Shown here: piece after piece, positions 49,093 through 60,348 of the stretch
How the letters are laid out: every line of letters begins with the position of its first letter
Position numbering within the stretch: the first letter of the stretch is position 1
Assembly (NCBI GenBank): GCA_043228905.1
Contig: JBHGNT010000013.1
Coordinates: 8,742,001 to 8,806,000, forward strand
Direction of reading: 5' to 3'
Source of the DNA: Azolla caroliniana
Taxonomy: Eukaryota > Plantae > Polypodiophyta
Length of the DNA: 64,000 bases
Notes under the pieces: model-generated
What the model was told of the DNA's origin: nothing
The model's input: the letters and a program-made list of their open reading frames with translations, nothing else
Database searches by the model: none
Made by a program: the position numbers and the translations under genes

Positions 49093-50823
49093 TCATAGCT
49101 TTTTCCACGTTAGTCTCAAAGTGGCAGAGAAAAGGTAACATGTTAGACAAACAAGAGGCCTAACTTTGATCGACTCCTGATGAAGAATTTTCTTTCTGGT
49201 CACTTACAATGTCATGGGAGATGACCGGTGGTGGCCCTGCACATGCCCTGAGCACTGCTTCTACCTGAATTTCAAACACCACCATATCAAATCACAAGTA
49301 CATATGAAATCATCACACAAGTTCATCTCCTGTAAACAGATTTCCTGAGAGAATTTCATGACTCTCATGAATTATGCCACTCATCCGAACTTATGAACAC
49401 TTAACCAACACGTGAAAATATCTTCTCTTATTTGGACTTTAGTGTTTCGGAACTTTGATTCTGAAGTAGAACGCAACGAATTCAACAAACATAATAAACT
49501 ACTACATGATGGCAGACAAGATCGTCCTCACGTTATTGAACCCAACAAGATGATAGAGTAGCATCGATTGTTAAATAATGAACCCATAACTGGGTATTTC
49601 AATCAATTGCCAAAAGAATGATAGGAAAAGTCGAACATTAAGGTGAAGGTCTTTTGAGGATCTATAGACAACTCTATATACAAATTGATTTCAGCCACAA
49701 AATCTGCATAAAGAATATCATAGCCATTTCAATTTGAACTAGTAAAACTCAAAAATGCTTTAAGTTTGTCCATTTCTACAGTGTATGTACGCAAGTGTGC
49801 ATGTACAACTGTGGGTATGAGTGCATATGCACATGGGTGGGTGCACGTTCACATAGTTTTGGCAGGTAAGGGGTTTATATGACTTACGTTTTTTGAGTAA
49901 AATGTCAAAACTAGACTATGTCTGGAATGCATGCAACCCAAGAAATATTTATTTAATCAAACAACATCACTCTGAGTGGCGATGGTGCAAACTCGTTACA
50001 CTTTACCTTCTGGAAAGAACTTTGACTAAGTTCATATAACGTAGAACGACTAGCTGCCCTTTTTTGACATTCATTTTCTTGGCCATGCAAACTTATGGAT
50101 GCGGTGAAAGAACACATGAGCAATGAAATACAGCCATACTATTTATCCTTTGCTGCTGGTTGTATGAACCCTTTAAAACCCCTTTTCTAAAGGGAACTCA
50201 TAGGTCCTGTGAAGGAACATGCAGACAATATATTCATATTATTCTCCTATAGTAAGCTGCACTCCGTTTCTGATGTTGCTCAATTCACCGTTAAACAATT
50301 GTGCTGTTTAGATGAATTCATTTACATCAATGGGTATGATAACACAGACCGACCTTTGGGCTCCTTAAGTCCAACGTTTCAAGAATCTTTAAGATAAGAA
50401 ATCTTGAACTTGGACACCTTAAGTTTTATCTGGAACTCTCCGAGGGGAAACAAACTCATCCATTTTAGATTCATCCAAGACGGGGATGAAGAAAGCAACA
50501 TAGTGATCACTTGTGTAGTTAATCATACTTCTTTGGATACACTAGGACAGTGAATTCTCCAGATTAATGTTCAACAATACCTCAAAATTAATATTAATGA
50601 TACAAGCATTGCCATTTTCCTTAGAGCACAGGACAAGGAAGAGGCCATGACGGATTGATTGCAGAAACCGCAGATATGAGGTGTTCCTGCATCCTTCTAA
50701 ATAGATAGATTGTATTTCTCACACTACTCTCTCTTAGTAAACATGGGCATACACACTCGCTTTCATAAAATCAGATGTGAAAGCCAATACGCAGCACACA
50801 AAAGAAAAATATACAGAAAACGA

Positions 50824-50868
<45 letters not shown>

Positions 50869-50994
50869 GGCTACTCTGCGTGCTCTCTTCTTGGCATTGG
50901 CTCGGCGTGTGCTGTTCATGGCCCACTGCTTCCAGACCAGGCCACCTGTTGTCTTCTTCACGATCTCTACAACCCTTGTCCCTGCAAAAGCCAT
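49093..50994 (-). CDS. mL60: Mitochondrial ribosomal protein mL60 (yeast MRPL31-like)
   Basis: Exon 1 (50994-50866) encodes MAFAGTRVVEIVKKTTGGLVWKQWAMNSTRRANAKKRARRVAQ and ends at a GT donor. After an AG acceptor, exon 2 starts at 49264 with VEAVLRACAG. The GGL.WK.W.M.S....KR.R.V.QV pattern resembles the mL60/L31 family from memory. The 3' end is uncertain: an in-frame stop at 49093-49095, or further splicing at GTAAGT (49207). Confidence 0.72.
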
Positions 50995-51036
50995 CTGTCT
51001 GTCTGTCTGTCTGTCTCTGCTTCTTCTCAGTCTCAG

Positions 51037-51091
<55 letters not shown>

Positions 51092-51659
51092 CCCTGCTTC
51101 GGTCTCCCTCTCAATGTCTCAGGAGGCGCCCTCTTGCGTTAATAAATAATATACATAAGTAGTTTCGTAAGTAGTAATACATACATAGTTACTAGTAAAT
51201 AGTAGAGTATAAATCCATAGATTTTATTATCACTCTCTTCCAAGGACAAATGTCTATTGGTGGTGTATGAGACCAAAAATAACACATTTTCACGCAGTAC
51301 AGTACATATGACAGTGAGTGACCAACGACTCCTTGTGTTAAAGAACTTCACTAATGAAAGATGCAATCAAGAGAGTGCACATCATGACTTTGAAAGAAAT
51401 TCGTACAAGTTTGGTCGAAGATGAGTGGACAACATAGTTGGATGTGATCTAAGGCAGAGCATTGTATCAAAATGTGTTTAGGGCTAAGTGTTCATAGTCA
51501 ATTATTCTCATCAGTTGTGGTTCAGATGGCAAACATTGGGGTGGGCTCTAACATGTATTGATGTGTGTTGTTTCCGTTGTTGGTACAAAACATGGTTATG
51601 TAGCTAGGTGCAACATATGTAGTATAATGTGTTTATAGCTGTACATTACAAGAACATGC

Positions 51660-53700
51660 TAAATATGTCCGCTTTGTTTTACAAACATTGCGTGACAAAC
51701 AGTTTTATGTGAAGATCTCAAAATGTGAGTTCTTCAAGAAATCAATTCCTTGTCTTGGACATCTCATAACCAAACGAGGAGTTGAAATTGATCCTTCTCG
51801 CATCGAGAAAATCAAGCTTTGGCCCACTCTTCAGAATATTCGAGAAGTTCGATCATTCCTTGGTTTTGTCGGGTTTTTGCAAAAATCTCTTCGTAATTAC
51901 TCCCAATTGACGACGTTGTTTATTGATCTTCTAAAAGGTCAAACGCGTAAGTCTACAAAACCTATTGTGTGGAATGCTACACTAGACCTCACCTTTAAGG
52001 AACTCAAGGACCTGGTATGCAAGGCTCCTTCACTTCTTTTACCCGATCCTTCAAAACCTTTTGAGGTTGAAACTGATGCAATTGATTATGCTGTAGGTGT
52101 TGTCTTATATCAAGATGGTAAACCAATAGCATTCGAGAGTAAGAAACTTGATTCTGCTCAATGTCGGTATACCGTTCAAGAAAAGGAATTATTTGCAGTT
52201 ATACATGTGCTCAAAACATGGCGCCATTATCTTTATGGAAATCACTTTGTGGTAACTACGGACCACTTGTCCTTGAAATATTTCTATGACCAACAAGACC
52301 TGAAAGGTCGTAAGGCACGATGGGCAGATCTCATCTAGGACTTTGATTTTTCCATACGATATTGTAAAGGTTCCATGAATACAGAACGAGTAAATCAAAT
52401 TATTGAGCTCATGCTTTGAGCATATGTTGGTATAAAACCAACAAAAATGGGAACATTATCTCCCAATTTTGGAGTTTGCTTATAACAACTCCAAGCATAC
52501 GTCGACGGGATATAGTCCTTTTATGTTGATGTATGGTTTTCAGCCACGAGCCTCGATTGATGTTAATATACATCATGATGAGTTGCAAAGTACGCAAAAC
52601 TTTCTTCGGGATATGCAAGATATGTTGCATATTGCACGAGATAATATAAAAACAACTCAAGATAGAGTGCGTTTTTATGTCGATCATCATAGGCAACCTC
52701 GTGTATTCAACCCTGGACAAAAGGTATTTTTACGTGTACCTCACAATTCTAAGGCATTGTCTATGGGTAAGTGCGCTAAGTTAGCCCCACGGTTTTGTGG
52801 ACCTTTTACAATCCTCAAACGCATTGGGTCATCAGCCTATCGTCTCGCTCTTCCCGATGGTGTTGGAAATCATCCAGTCTTTCATGTGAGTTGTCAAAAA
52901 GAACTTCTAGGTTCTGGCGACAATATAGTTACAACTGAAACTCTGGTTACTTCTGAAGAATTATCTTCTAAACCACATGTACCAGAAAAAATTCTCAATG
53001 TTAAAACAAAAAAATTACGTACTAAAGAAATCTGAGAATTTAAAATAAAATGGATGGATAAATCAATAAAAGATGCCACCTAGGAACGCGAAAATACTCT
53101 AAGAACTAACCTCCCTAACTTTCCATTGCAAGAGTGCAATGTTTTAAAGAGGGGGAGTATGTTACGGGCATGACCATATAATATCCCGTGGTGAGAATTT
53201 ACCGTAGTATTCTATACACGTGGATAAGTGTGAGGGTTAAACGAGAGTGTAAAGAAGGGGTGGATTACTTTTAAATCCTCGGCATTGAGACAACCCTTTA
53301 GGCCAAGTGTAAACATGGCTAGGGGCCCTGGGTATCGCTATAATAGAGGCCTAGCTACCCTCATTTCATCATCTTGTTGACTACGTCGAGACTCTGTCTT
53401 GTGGTCGGTCAACTCTTGTAGTGAGCGCGCCAGCACCAGCTACAACTCGACGCCACGACGGTGGTATGGGACGCCAATCGAGGCTCGAGTTCGTCTCGAT
53501 CCCTTCGCTCGGGGGTGGTCGGGTGGATCGACACCCTTCTTTCTCTCTCTCCTTTCTTTCTATCTACCTAGATCTATCCTTATCGAATGCTTACTTTAGT
53601 ACATGTCTCTAATACCCAAGCAGGTACTTGTGCATCTTGTATGACCAAGATGCGTAGTTGGATCTGTCGAGCTTCTCCACTGGGAGCGAGCTAGCCATTC
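51660..53700 (+). mobile_element. Ty3/gypsy chromovirus 3' fragment: RT end, RNase H, integrase C-terminus, chromodomain, PPT and 3' LTR
   Basis: KCEFF..., ETDAIDYAVG, YTVQEKELFAV and TDHLSL (RH). An internal deletion at ~52380 joins RH to TERVNQ. EFAYN, KLAPRFCGPF and HPVFHVS follow. The PPT is at 53146-53159 and the LTR starts TGTTAC at 53160. Confidence 0.88.
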
Positions 53701-53792
53701 CTCTATCCATTTGTTTTTGTTTTGTTCTTTACAAAGGTTAGGTTTTCTTCTTGCGAAAGAAAATGTCGGCTACAGAGGTTCTCAACCCTCGC

Positions 53793-54215
53793 GCTCTGAT
53801 ACCATGTAGAAACAAATAGCGTGCGGAAGCAATAGAAAATAGAAAGCAGAAAACAAGTTTAATGGAGAGCTTAACAGTACGCGAGAGAGACAGAGACAAA
53901 GCGAGAGCACACAGAAACTCAATTCAAAAAATACTACTCAGTCTGTACATCGTATGTGTTCAGTGAACACTTTTATACAAGTCCATCCGAACTGACAGAA
54001 GTACGGTGTACTTCAATGCTCACACGAGTGTCTAACACTAACTACGAGATATTAACTCCCTAGTAGACTAGCTGCTACTTGGCTTCTGGTTACTGCTTGA
54101 TCCAGCTAACCGGCTCCCCAGCTCACCGGCTCACTTGTTCATCGGCTCACCCTTCTGGATGCCGATCTAGCTCAGGCTTATTAAGCCGATCCGGATCCGG
54201 TTGAGCTTGCCAAAT
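53793..54215 (-). mobile_element. Copia 5' LTR with tRNA-iMet PBS
   Basis: GCTCTGATACCA at 53793-53804 is followed by TGTAGAAACAAATAGCGTGCGGAAGC.... It belongs to the same family as 2880-3018 and 63943-64000. Confidence 0.85.
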
Positions 54216-54221
54216 GCCACA

Positions 54222-54721
54222 CCCACTCATGACAACAACCTAGGGCACCAATTCTGGATTGGTAAAGTATTGGACGTGGTGATGCATGAAAACCAAAATC
54301 AGATAAAGTCTATAAAGGTGCATTGGTACAACACTAAAAGCAAGAATGCATTTACAGGCAAGCATGCATTGGAGATGATGGAATGCCAACGTCAAGAGGA
54401 AATAGAAAGTGCCAAAGAAATATTCATGACATATCGACCCTTGACATGCAAGAGGTGCATATCATTGTGTACAACTTTACACTGACAAAAGCTGGACATT
54501 TAAGGAAGTCAACAATAGACATAATAAAAGAGAATTTGCCAAGTCTACAAGGCTTCTCAAATCGAAGGCAAACCAGATCTTCTACACATTATTTGGAGTC
54601 ACAACATTTGGTTTTGGATGAAGACAATGCTTTGATTGGTACATCTAATGATGAGGAGGATGAGTCACCATTGTATACTATGCTCTATAATAATGATTCT
54701 TATGAGAGGAATAACTCTTGA
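54222..54721 (+). pseudogene. C-terminal fragment of a second, diverged Sola1-like transposase (BAH-like domain plus acidic tail)
   Basis: LGHQFWIGKVLDVV..NQIKSIKVHWYNTKSKNAFTGKHALEM...ISTLDMQEVHIIVYNFTLTKAGHLRKSTIDIIKE...LDEDNAL aligns with LGHPFSIARIIEII..NQVKSIMVYWYHTSSKDAFSGKYSLEM...TSTLALDNVDILVYDFSLTKTCHLRQTTIKIIKE...LDEDNAL at 45100-45605. Confidence 0.85.
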
Positions 54722-55054
54722 TTGTATTTTTGGCATGAATGGTTAATATAAGCTTGTAATAACTCGAATGATATAAAGCTTAATTATTTTTAAATCAATC
54801 GCTCCTTGTGAATATTGTTTGTTATCAAAAACTTGAGTTGTTAATTTTACAGTAAAAACATTCAGGTGTAAATTTGTGAATTTTCAATTTTATGACATAG
54901 TGAGATTTTAAACTTTTCCATTGAGTCTTTGAGCACATATGACATTGGTATCACAATTTTTGTGATATGGTTAAAAAAACCCTGAAATCAAACATAATAT
55001 TCCTTATCCTTCCAATTGTGCATGATCCTTCCACTTTTGACCGTGAACATGTTT

Positions 55055-55205
55055 TATGCTGACAATCGAAAGTCCACGTCAGGATATTTCTTCACCTATG
55101 GAGGCAGCGCCATCTGATGGAAGTCAAAGCTGCAGGAATGTATGACAGTCTCAACAACAGAGGTTGAGTAGATAGCCTCATTAAAAGCAACAAAGGAAGC
55201 CGAAT
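55055..55205 (+). mobile_element. Copia RNase H remnant
   Basis: Translates as ADNRKSTSGYFFTYGGSAI*WKSKLQECMTVSTTEVE*IA. Confidence 0.75.
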
Positions 55206-57376
55206 TCAGAAAACTAGCCGATTCGGCTAAAGTTGACTATACCTCTATCGATCTAACTACCAGTTGATCGGTTTGCTTTTTCTTTTCATGAAGATTCACC
55301 TTTGTATTAATGGAAGGATTCCCAAAGGCTACAACGAATTCATACAATGTATTATAACCCTCATACCAATCAACCAGCATGTCAGGTATCAAAAGCTCTC
55401 GTGTAGGGTTGTTCCAAGACGGGTTGTATTACACATATTGTAGATTAAGTTTAAGTTGTAATTTGAGCTCACGGGGAGATAATTCCTTATCAATGTGTGT
55501 GAACAGAGTAGTTCTTTTACAAGGGAGTTTGTTGGGCTAAAATTCCCACTCTACCCATTTCTGTCCTAATGTGAACATCTCGTCACAGTTAGGGCTAAGT
55601 TTCCCTAACTATATATGTGAGAGACTGTGTATTGTAAAAGAGTTTGATGGTAATGTGAGAAGATAGTTTCTTGAGCAAACTCTGTGTAACCGTCTTCTTG
55701 TCTTTCTCTTCTTCCGCTTTGTGTATACCTTCACATATACAAGAACAATGCACTAAACCTCCATTGTTACTTACTTGCTACCTCCGCAAACAAGATCAAT
55801 AAATGCTTCCACATCAGTCGGTCTACATCTCATCATACAACAACCGACCAAGATACACAGTATCAACAATTTTGCTATGTTTTTAGGGTTAATCAACTAT
55901 AATACTAACCCTATATCTAGCTATGTTTGTATATATGGTTAATTAACCCTAATACTAACCCTAATTGTGTGTATATATGTATAGGAAAATTGTTTGTGCT
56001 AATCTAAATCTAACTGTGTATGTATGTATGTTTAATAAACCCAAATACCTGATGGAAGTATAATATTCACTCCTAGTTAAAACACAAGTATGATGGAAGC
56101 TTCCTCGAACCAAAAAACAACTACCACATTCCACCAAATGTCCATTAGCTCTCTAGAATAGAGAAATAAACCTTAAAATCTTGTACACTAAAAGTAGTCT
56201 ACCCAAGATTTCCATTAAGATATAACTCACTATACGTGTTGAGCTTTATTTATGTCAACTTCCTTGCACAAAATGGACTAAGAACTTGTCCAAACTGTCA
56301 GCTCACACCTATATCTTGTGTTTCCACCACATCACTTGTGAATATACAAAAATCTAGACCAATGTGCTTTCAAGCTTAGTATACTCAAGAATTCAGATTA
56401 TACTCAAACGAAAACTTACAAGATTATCTAGATTAAGTTAAGTGGGTGTGTTTAACCTAGATTATGCAATCCCAATGAGAGCCTACAAAATACCCAAAAA
56501 CTAATACTAATATACAATTGTGCAATGCTTTGTTTATATAGTGCTTCAACACAAGATTGTGTGGAATTTGAATTTAGAATATGCTTCCAAATTTCCCCAC
56601 TTTTCTTCATGACAAGTCATGGACAAGTGGTTGTATATTCTAACAAAAAGTTTAGCGATGTGGAATTTGACTAAGCAATGGTTCACACACTTGAGCTTGA
56701 TAGATTTGTAACAATACTACCCCTAACTATGTATGTGTGTATGGAAAAAATATGTGTGCATGTATATTCATATCTATTCATGTTGATTTCTATTCATGCT
56801 TGTGTGTATGGTTAATGAACCCTAAACATACCTCGATGGAAGAGGGCAGTAGCTCGGTCTCACATTGTTAAGGTTGGTCGATGGCAGGAGAAGTATTGCA
56901 AAAGTCATGTTATGAAAATAGGCATTTTGAATCCCCTTTTCCTATAATTTTGAAAAATATAAATAAAAACAGGACACACCATGAAACCTTTCTAATGCAC
57001 GTCATTTCGCGACGCATGCTTTAAGCATTCTTCGCAACGTGTTTTATCTAAAAGGGTGGGTGTCTCTAACAATCATTCTCTTGTAATGTAATAAAAATAT
57101 CACATTATGTATCTATGTTTCTCTTTTTGTTTCCTTTCCTTTGTTCCATTGCATCATAATGGTAGATGGATGTTTTATACTCATCATTACCAATGATACT
57201 CTCTGTCCCTCTTGGTCAAAAACACAATTATATTCATAAAGGTGTGCGAAAAACACTACCATGGTACCACAATTGAGCGATGTCACCATTATATGGGTAG
57301 TGGGACATGTTGAATTGTCTATAGGCAAGATGAACACTCCATTCATGAAAAAATATCATGTTTCCATTCACAATAC

Positions 57377-58030
57377 TTTTGCCAAGAACTCTTATGCTCT
57401 ACTAGAAGATGATGTCCATAAAAATAAAAAGACTCGTGCTTCATGCCATGAGATAACTTCTTTTGCCAGGAACTCTTATGATCTACTAGAAGATGATGTC
57501 CATAAAAATAAAGAGAGTGGTTCATGCCATGAGATAAGCAAGTGTTGAGCACATGAAGAACGAGGAATTTTAAATGGAATACTTCAATTAAGTAATTGCC
57601 ACAACCACAATGCCTTGATTGTTGTTCTCCCACATGAGTGTAATCACATGCCTTGCAAATTATAACAAAAATCTTTGAGGCATCATATCTATAGATAAGT
57701 CCAATATTGCAACCCCCTAGGCACTTAGAGGTTGCTAGATGGTTCCACATAACTCATGTTGTCCCCATCTTATCCCACTTTTTCCACAACAAATATCTAA
57801 GAGGTAGCAATGACAAAAGACATAACAAAAATCTATGAGGCATCATATCTGTAGATAAGCCCTTGCAATAACAACAAACTATGAGGCATCATATTTGTAG
57901 ATAAGACCAATATTGCAACCCCCAAGGCGCTTAGAGGTCGCAAGATGGTTCCACATAATTCATGTTGTCCCCATCTTATCCCTCTTTTTCACAACATATA
58001 TCTTAGAGGTAGCAATGACAAAAGACATAA
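57377..58030. repeat. Local tandem duplications: an 84-bp pair at ~57377-57538 and a ~200-bp pair with a nested partial copy at ~57660-58030
   Basis: gcca.gaactcttatg..ctactagaagatgatgtccat occurs at 57381 and 57465. gaggcatcatat.t.tagataag occurs three times and ...gaggtagcaatgacaaaagacataa twice. Confidence 0.85.
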
Positions 58031-59234
58031 TATCATGGGTTAATCCACTCATTCTCACTCTACATAGGGGCATACAATGAGAAATATTGTCAACGTGCTC
58101 ACAATGGCTCAGATATCCACGACCTACTTACATCACTAGTGTGGACAAATGCAAATCATGGACTAATAACTTTGTAATTCTTGGAACATGCACATGGGGT
58201 GGAAGATAGCAATCACATACTTTTGTATGTATATTATGACATGTAGGAAACAAATCTAGACATATAGGAACATATGTCTATCTTCTATTACATCTTGTGG
58301 TTTGCTTCTGGTACACATTAGTTGGAAAAGTGAGTTCATTAGACCAAACCAGTGTGATCCTTCATCTCTAGTTATGAAAAGAGATCGTTTTTAGCTTGGT
58401 TTACGATTATGTTGTTTGGTGTAATAATTTTAAATAATAGTGCTACATCTTTGTGATCACTCTCAACATATTGTCTACTTTGTTAATGTCTCACTCTAGT
58501 CTCTACCTTGGTTGATTGCCCCATAGGTGTGAATCACACACTAACTTGTTGTTTTCCTAGTTATTAAGTTTTGCGGAAACCACCTACTAACCCTAGTAGA
58601 TGCTATTGTAGCATCACTACATGTGGATGCGCATAAGTTGCTTTCACACCTCTATGTAGCATGGAAAATTCCAACTTTCATTATGCAAAAAAATGAATCA
58701 CAATCTTAATCTAATCAATACATAATGTGAGTGAACCGGTTGACGGAAAATGTTAGGCATGAGCAATATTGAACAACCCTTGTATTGCAAATGAACAACA
58801 ATAAATGGGGTTGATTAAATATCATATATGTGTTAATTGTGGGGACTCACTTAAGTCACCGATCGACTTCTATGTAGAGCCCTTGCATGTTCTTCTCCCC
58901 TATAAAAAAAGTAGGGTTCTCATTTGAGAAAGAGATTTTATTATGAACCTCGAAGGTCGAATATGATCAATGGACCTAAAAGGGAGACATTACGTATGAC
59001 ATTGAAGTAGAGACTCTAGATGTTCAAGCATTGGTTTGATCAACCTTGCAATGGAGAGTCCACATTGTGATTCATGTGAGAGGAATGTGGCAAGGGAGTG
59101 GACCGGATTGCTAATGAGTGGAATGCAAAACTTGGACGTGGTGAGTGGAGAAGCAAGGAGCATCATGTAGTATCTAAGTGTCATAATCTCACTCACCAAC
59201 TTGTTCAAGGTATAATATGGATTGTTAATAGTTT

Positions 59235-59279
<45 letters not shown>

Positions 59280-59583
59280 CTTTCAAAATGTTTAACTACG
59301 TGTTACTTCATTTGGCATTCCTCTCTCCTCCAGAATCCACATGTGTACCCAACACACACACACACACACATACACTCTGACAGGATTGGAGCTGTGATTA
59401 AACATGAAAAGGGGGGGGGGGGGAGGGGGGGGATAATTAATATGAAGTGCAAACTACATTGCCATTTTATGCGATTCAACGGTAGAGTTGGATCGAATGT
59501 AGGAAGCTGAAACTGCCATGGCTGAAGCAGCTACAGTATTTAAACTAGCAAAAGTGAGGAGAATGGGGGGGGGGGGGGGGGGA

Positions 59584-60177
59584 CTAAAGAACAGGATGCA
59601 TGCAGGGCACGGAAAGAATAAGCAGCAGCAAGAAGGGAGGTAGATAAGAAAAGTTGAATTTGGGATGGATGGAGTTAAGTGTTGGTTCAAGGGCAAGAGA
59701 AGCCGGGGCGGGAGCGTAGCCGCAGGAGGTCATGATGGAGGCCACGATGTCGAGCTTGGGGATGTTGATGTCGATGATGCCCAACACGTTGACGTCGAGG
59801 GCGAGGCAGAGGCAGATCTCGATGTCCACGCCCAGCAGCCCCAGCAGAGGGCAGCACTCCGGCCCCACACCGCCCAACAGAGGGCTGCACACTCCCACCT
59901 TCACGATGTCCACGGGGCATGTCCGCAAAAATGGCCCATTTCCTCCGCCACCATTTCCTCCTCCGCCATTATTATTCCCACCGCCACCATTTCCTCCGCC
60001 GCCATTATTATTCCCACCGCCACCATTTCCTCCGCCGCCATTATTATTTCCACCGCCGCCATTGCTGCCCCCGCCCCCGTAGTAGGTCGACCCCCCCGGG
60101 CATCCCGTGTCGCATGCAGCCACTACCCCGCACATCACCATCATCACCACCAAATACAGCTTCATCACTCCTTCCAT
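59584..60177 (-). CDS. Hybrid glycine-rich protein: signal peptide, Gly/Asn repeats and an 8-cysteine-motif (HyPRP/LTP-like) domain; probable frameshift near the C-terminus
   Basis: Hydrophobic N-terminus, (GGGGNNNGGGGN) repeats and CPVD...C...CCPLL...CLC...CG. TATAAAA lies upstream on the minus strand (60291-60297). The canonical PGFSCP* ending is in a shifted frame (stop at 59687-59689). Confidence 0.88.
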   Translation of the reverse strand: MEGVMKLYLVVMMVMCGVVAACDTGCPGGSTYYGGGGSNGGGGNNNGGGGNGGGGNNNGGGGNGGGGNNNGGGGNGGGGNGPFLRTCPVDIVKVGVCSPLLGGVGPECCPLLGLLGVDIEICLCLALDVNVLGIIDINIPKLDIVASIMTSCGYAPAPASLALEPTLNSIHPKFNFSYLPPFLLLLILSVPCMHPVL

Positions 60178-60290
60178 TTTATCTCTGCCTCTCTAGACTC
60201 GCCCTCTCTCCCAACACAATTGCGAGACTAATGTTACCTTGGAAGATTTTGAAGGGAGTTTGTTGTTCTCGCAATTTAGCCCCCCCTCTC

Positions 60291-60297
60291 TTTTATA
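60291..60297 (-). promoter_or_regulatory. Putative TATA box of the hybrid glycine-rich protein gene
   Basis: CTATAAAA on the minus strand ~115 nt upstream of the ATG, preceded by a (GA)n tract. Confidence 0.55.
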
Positions 60298-60310
60298 GTG
60301 GAACGCCACC

Positions 60311-60348
<38 letters not shown>

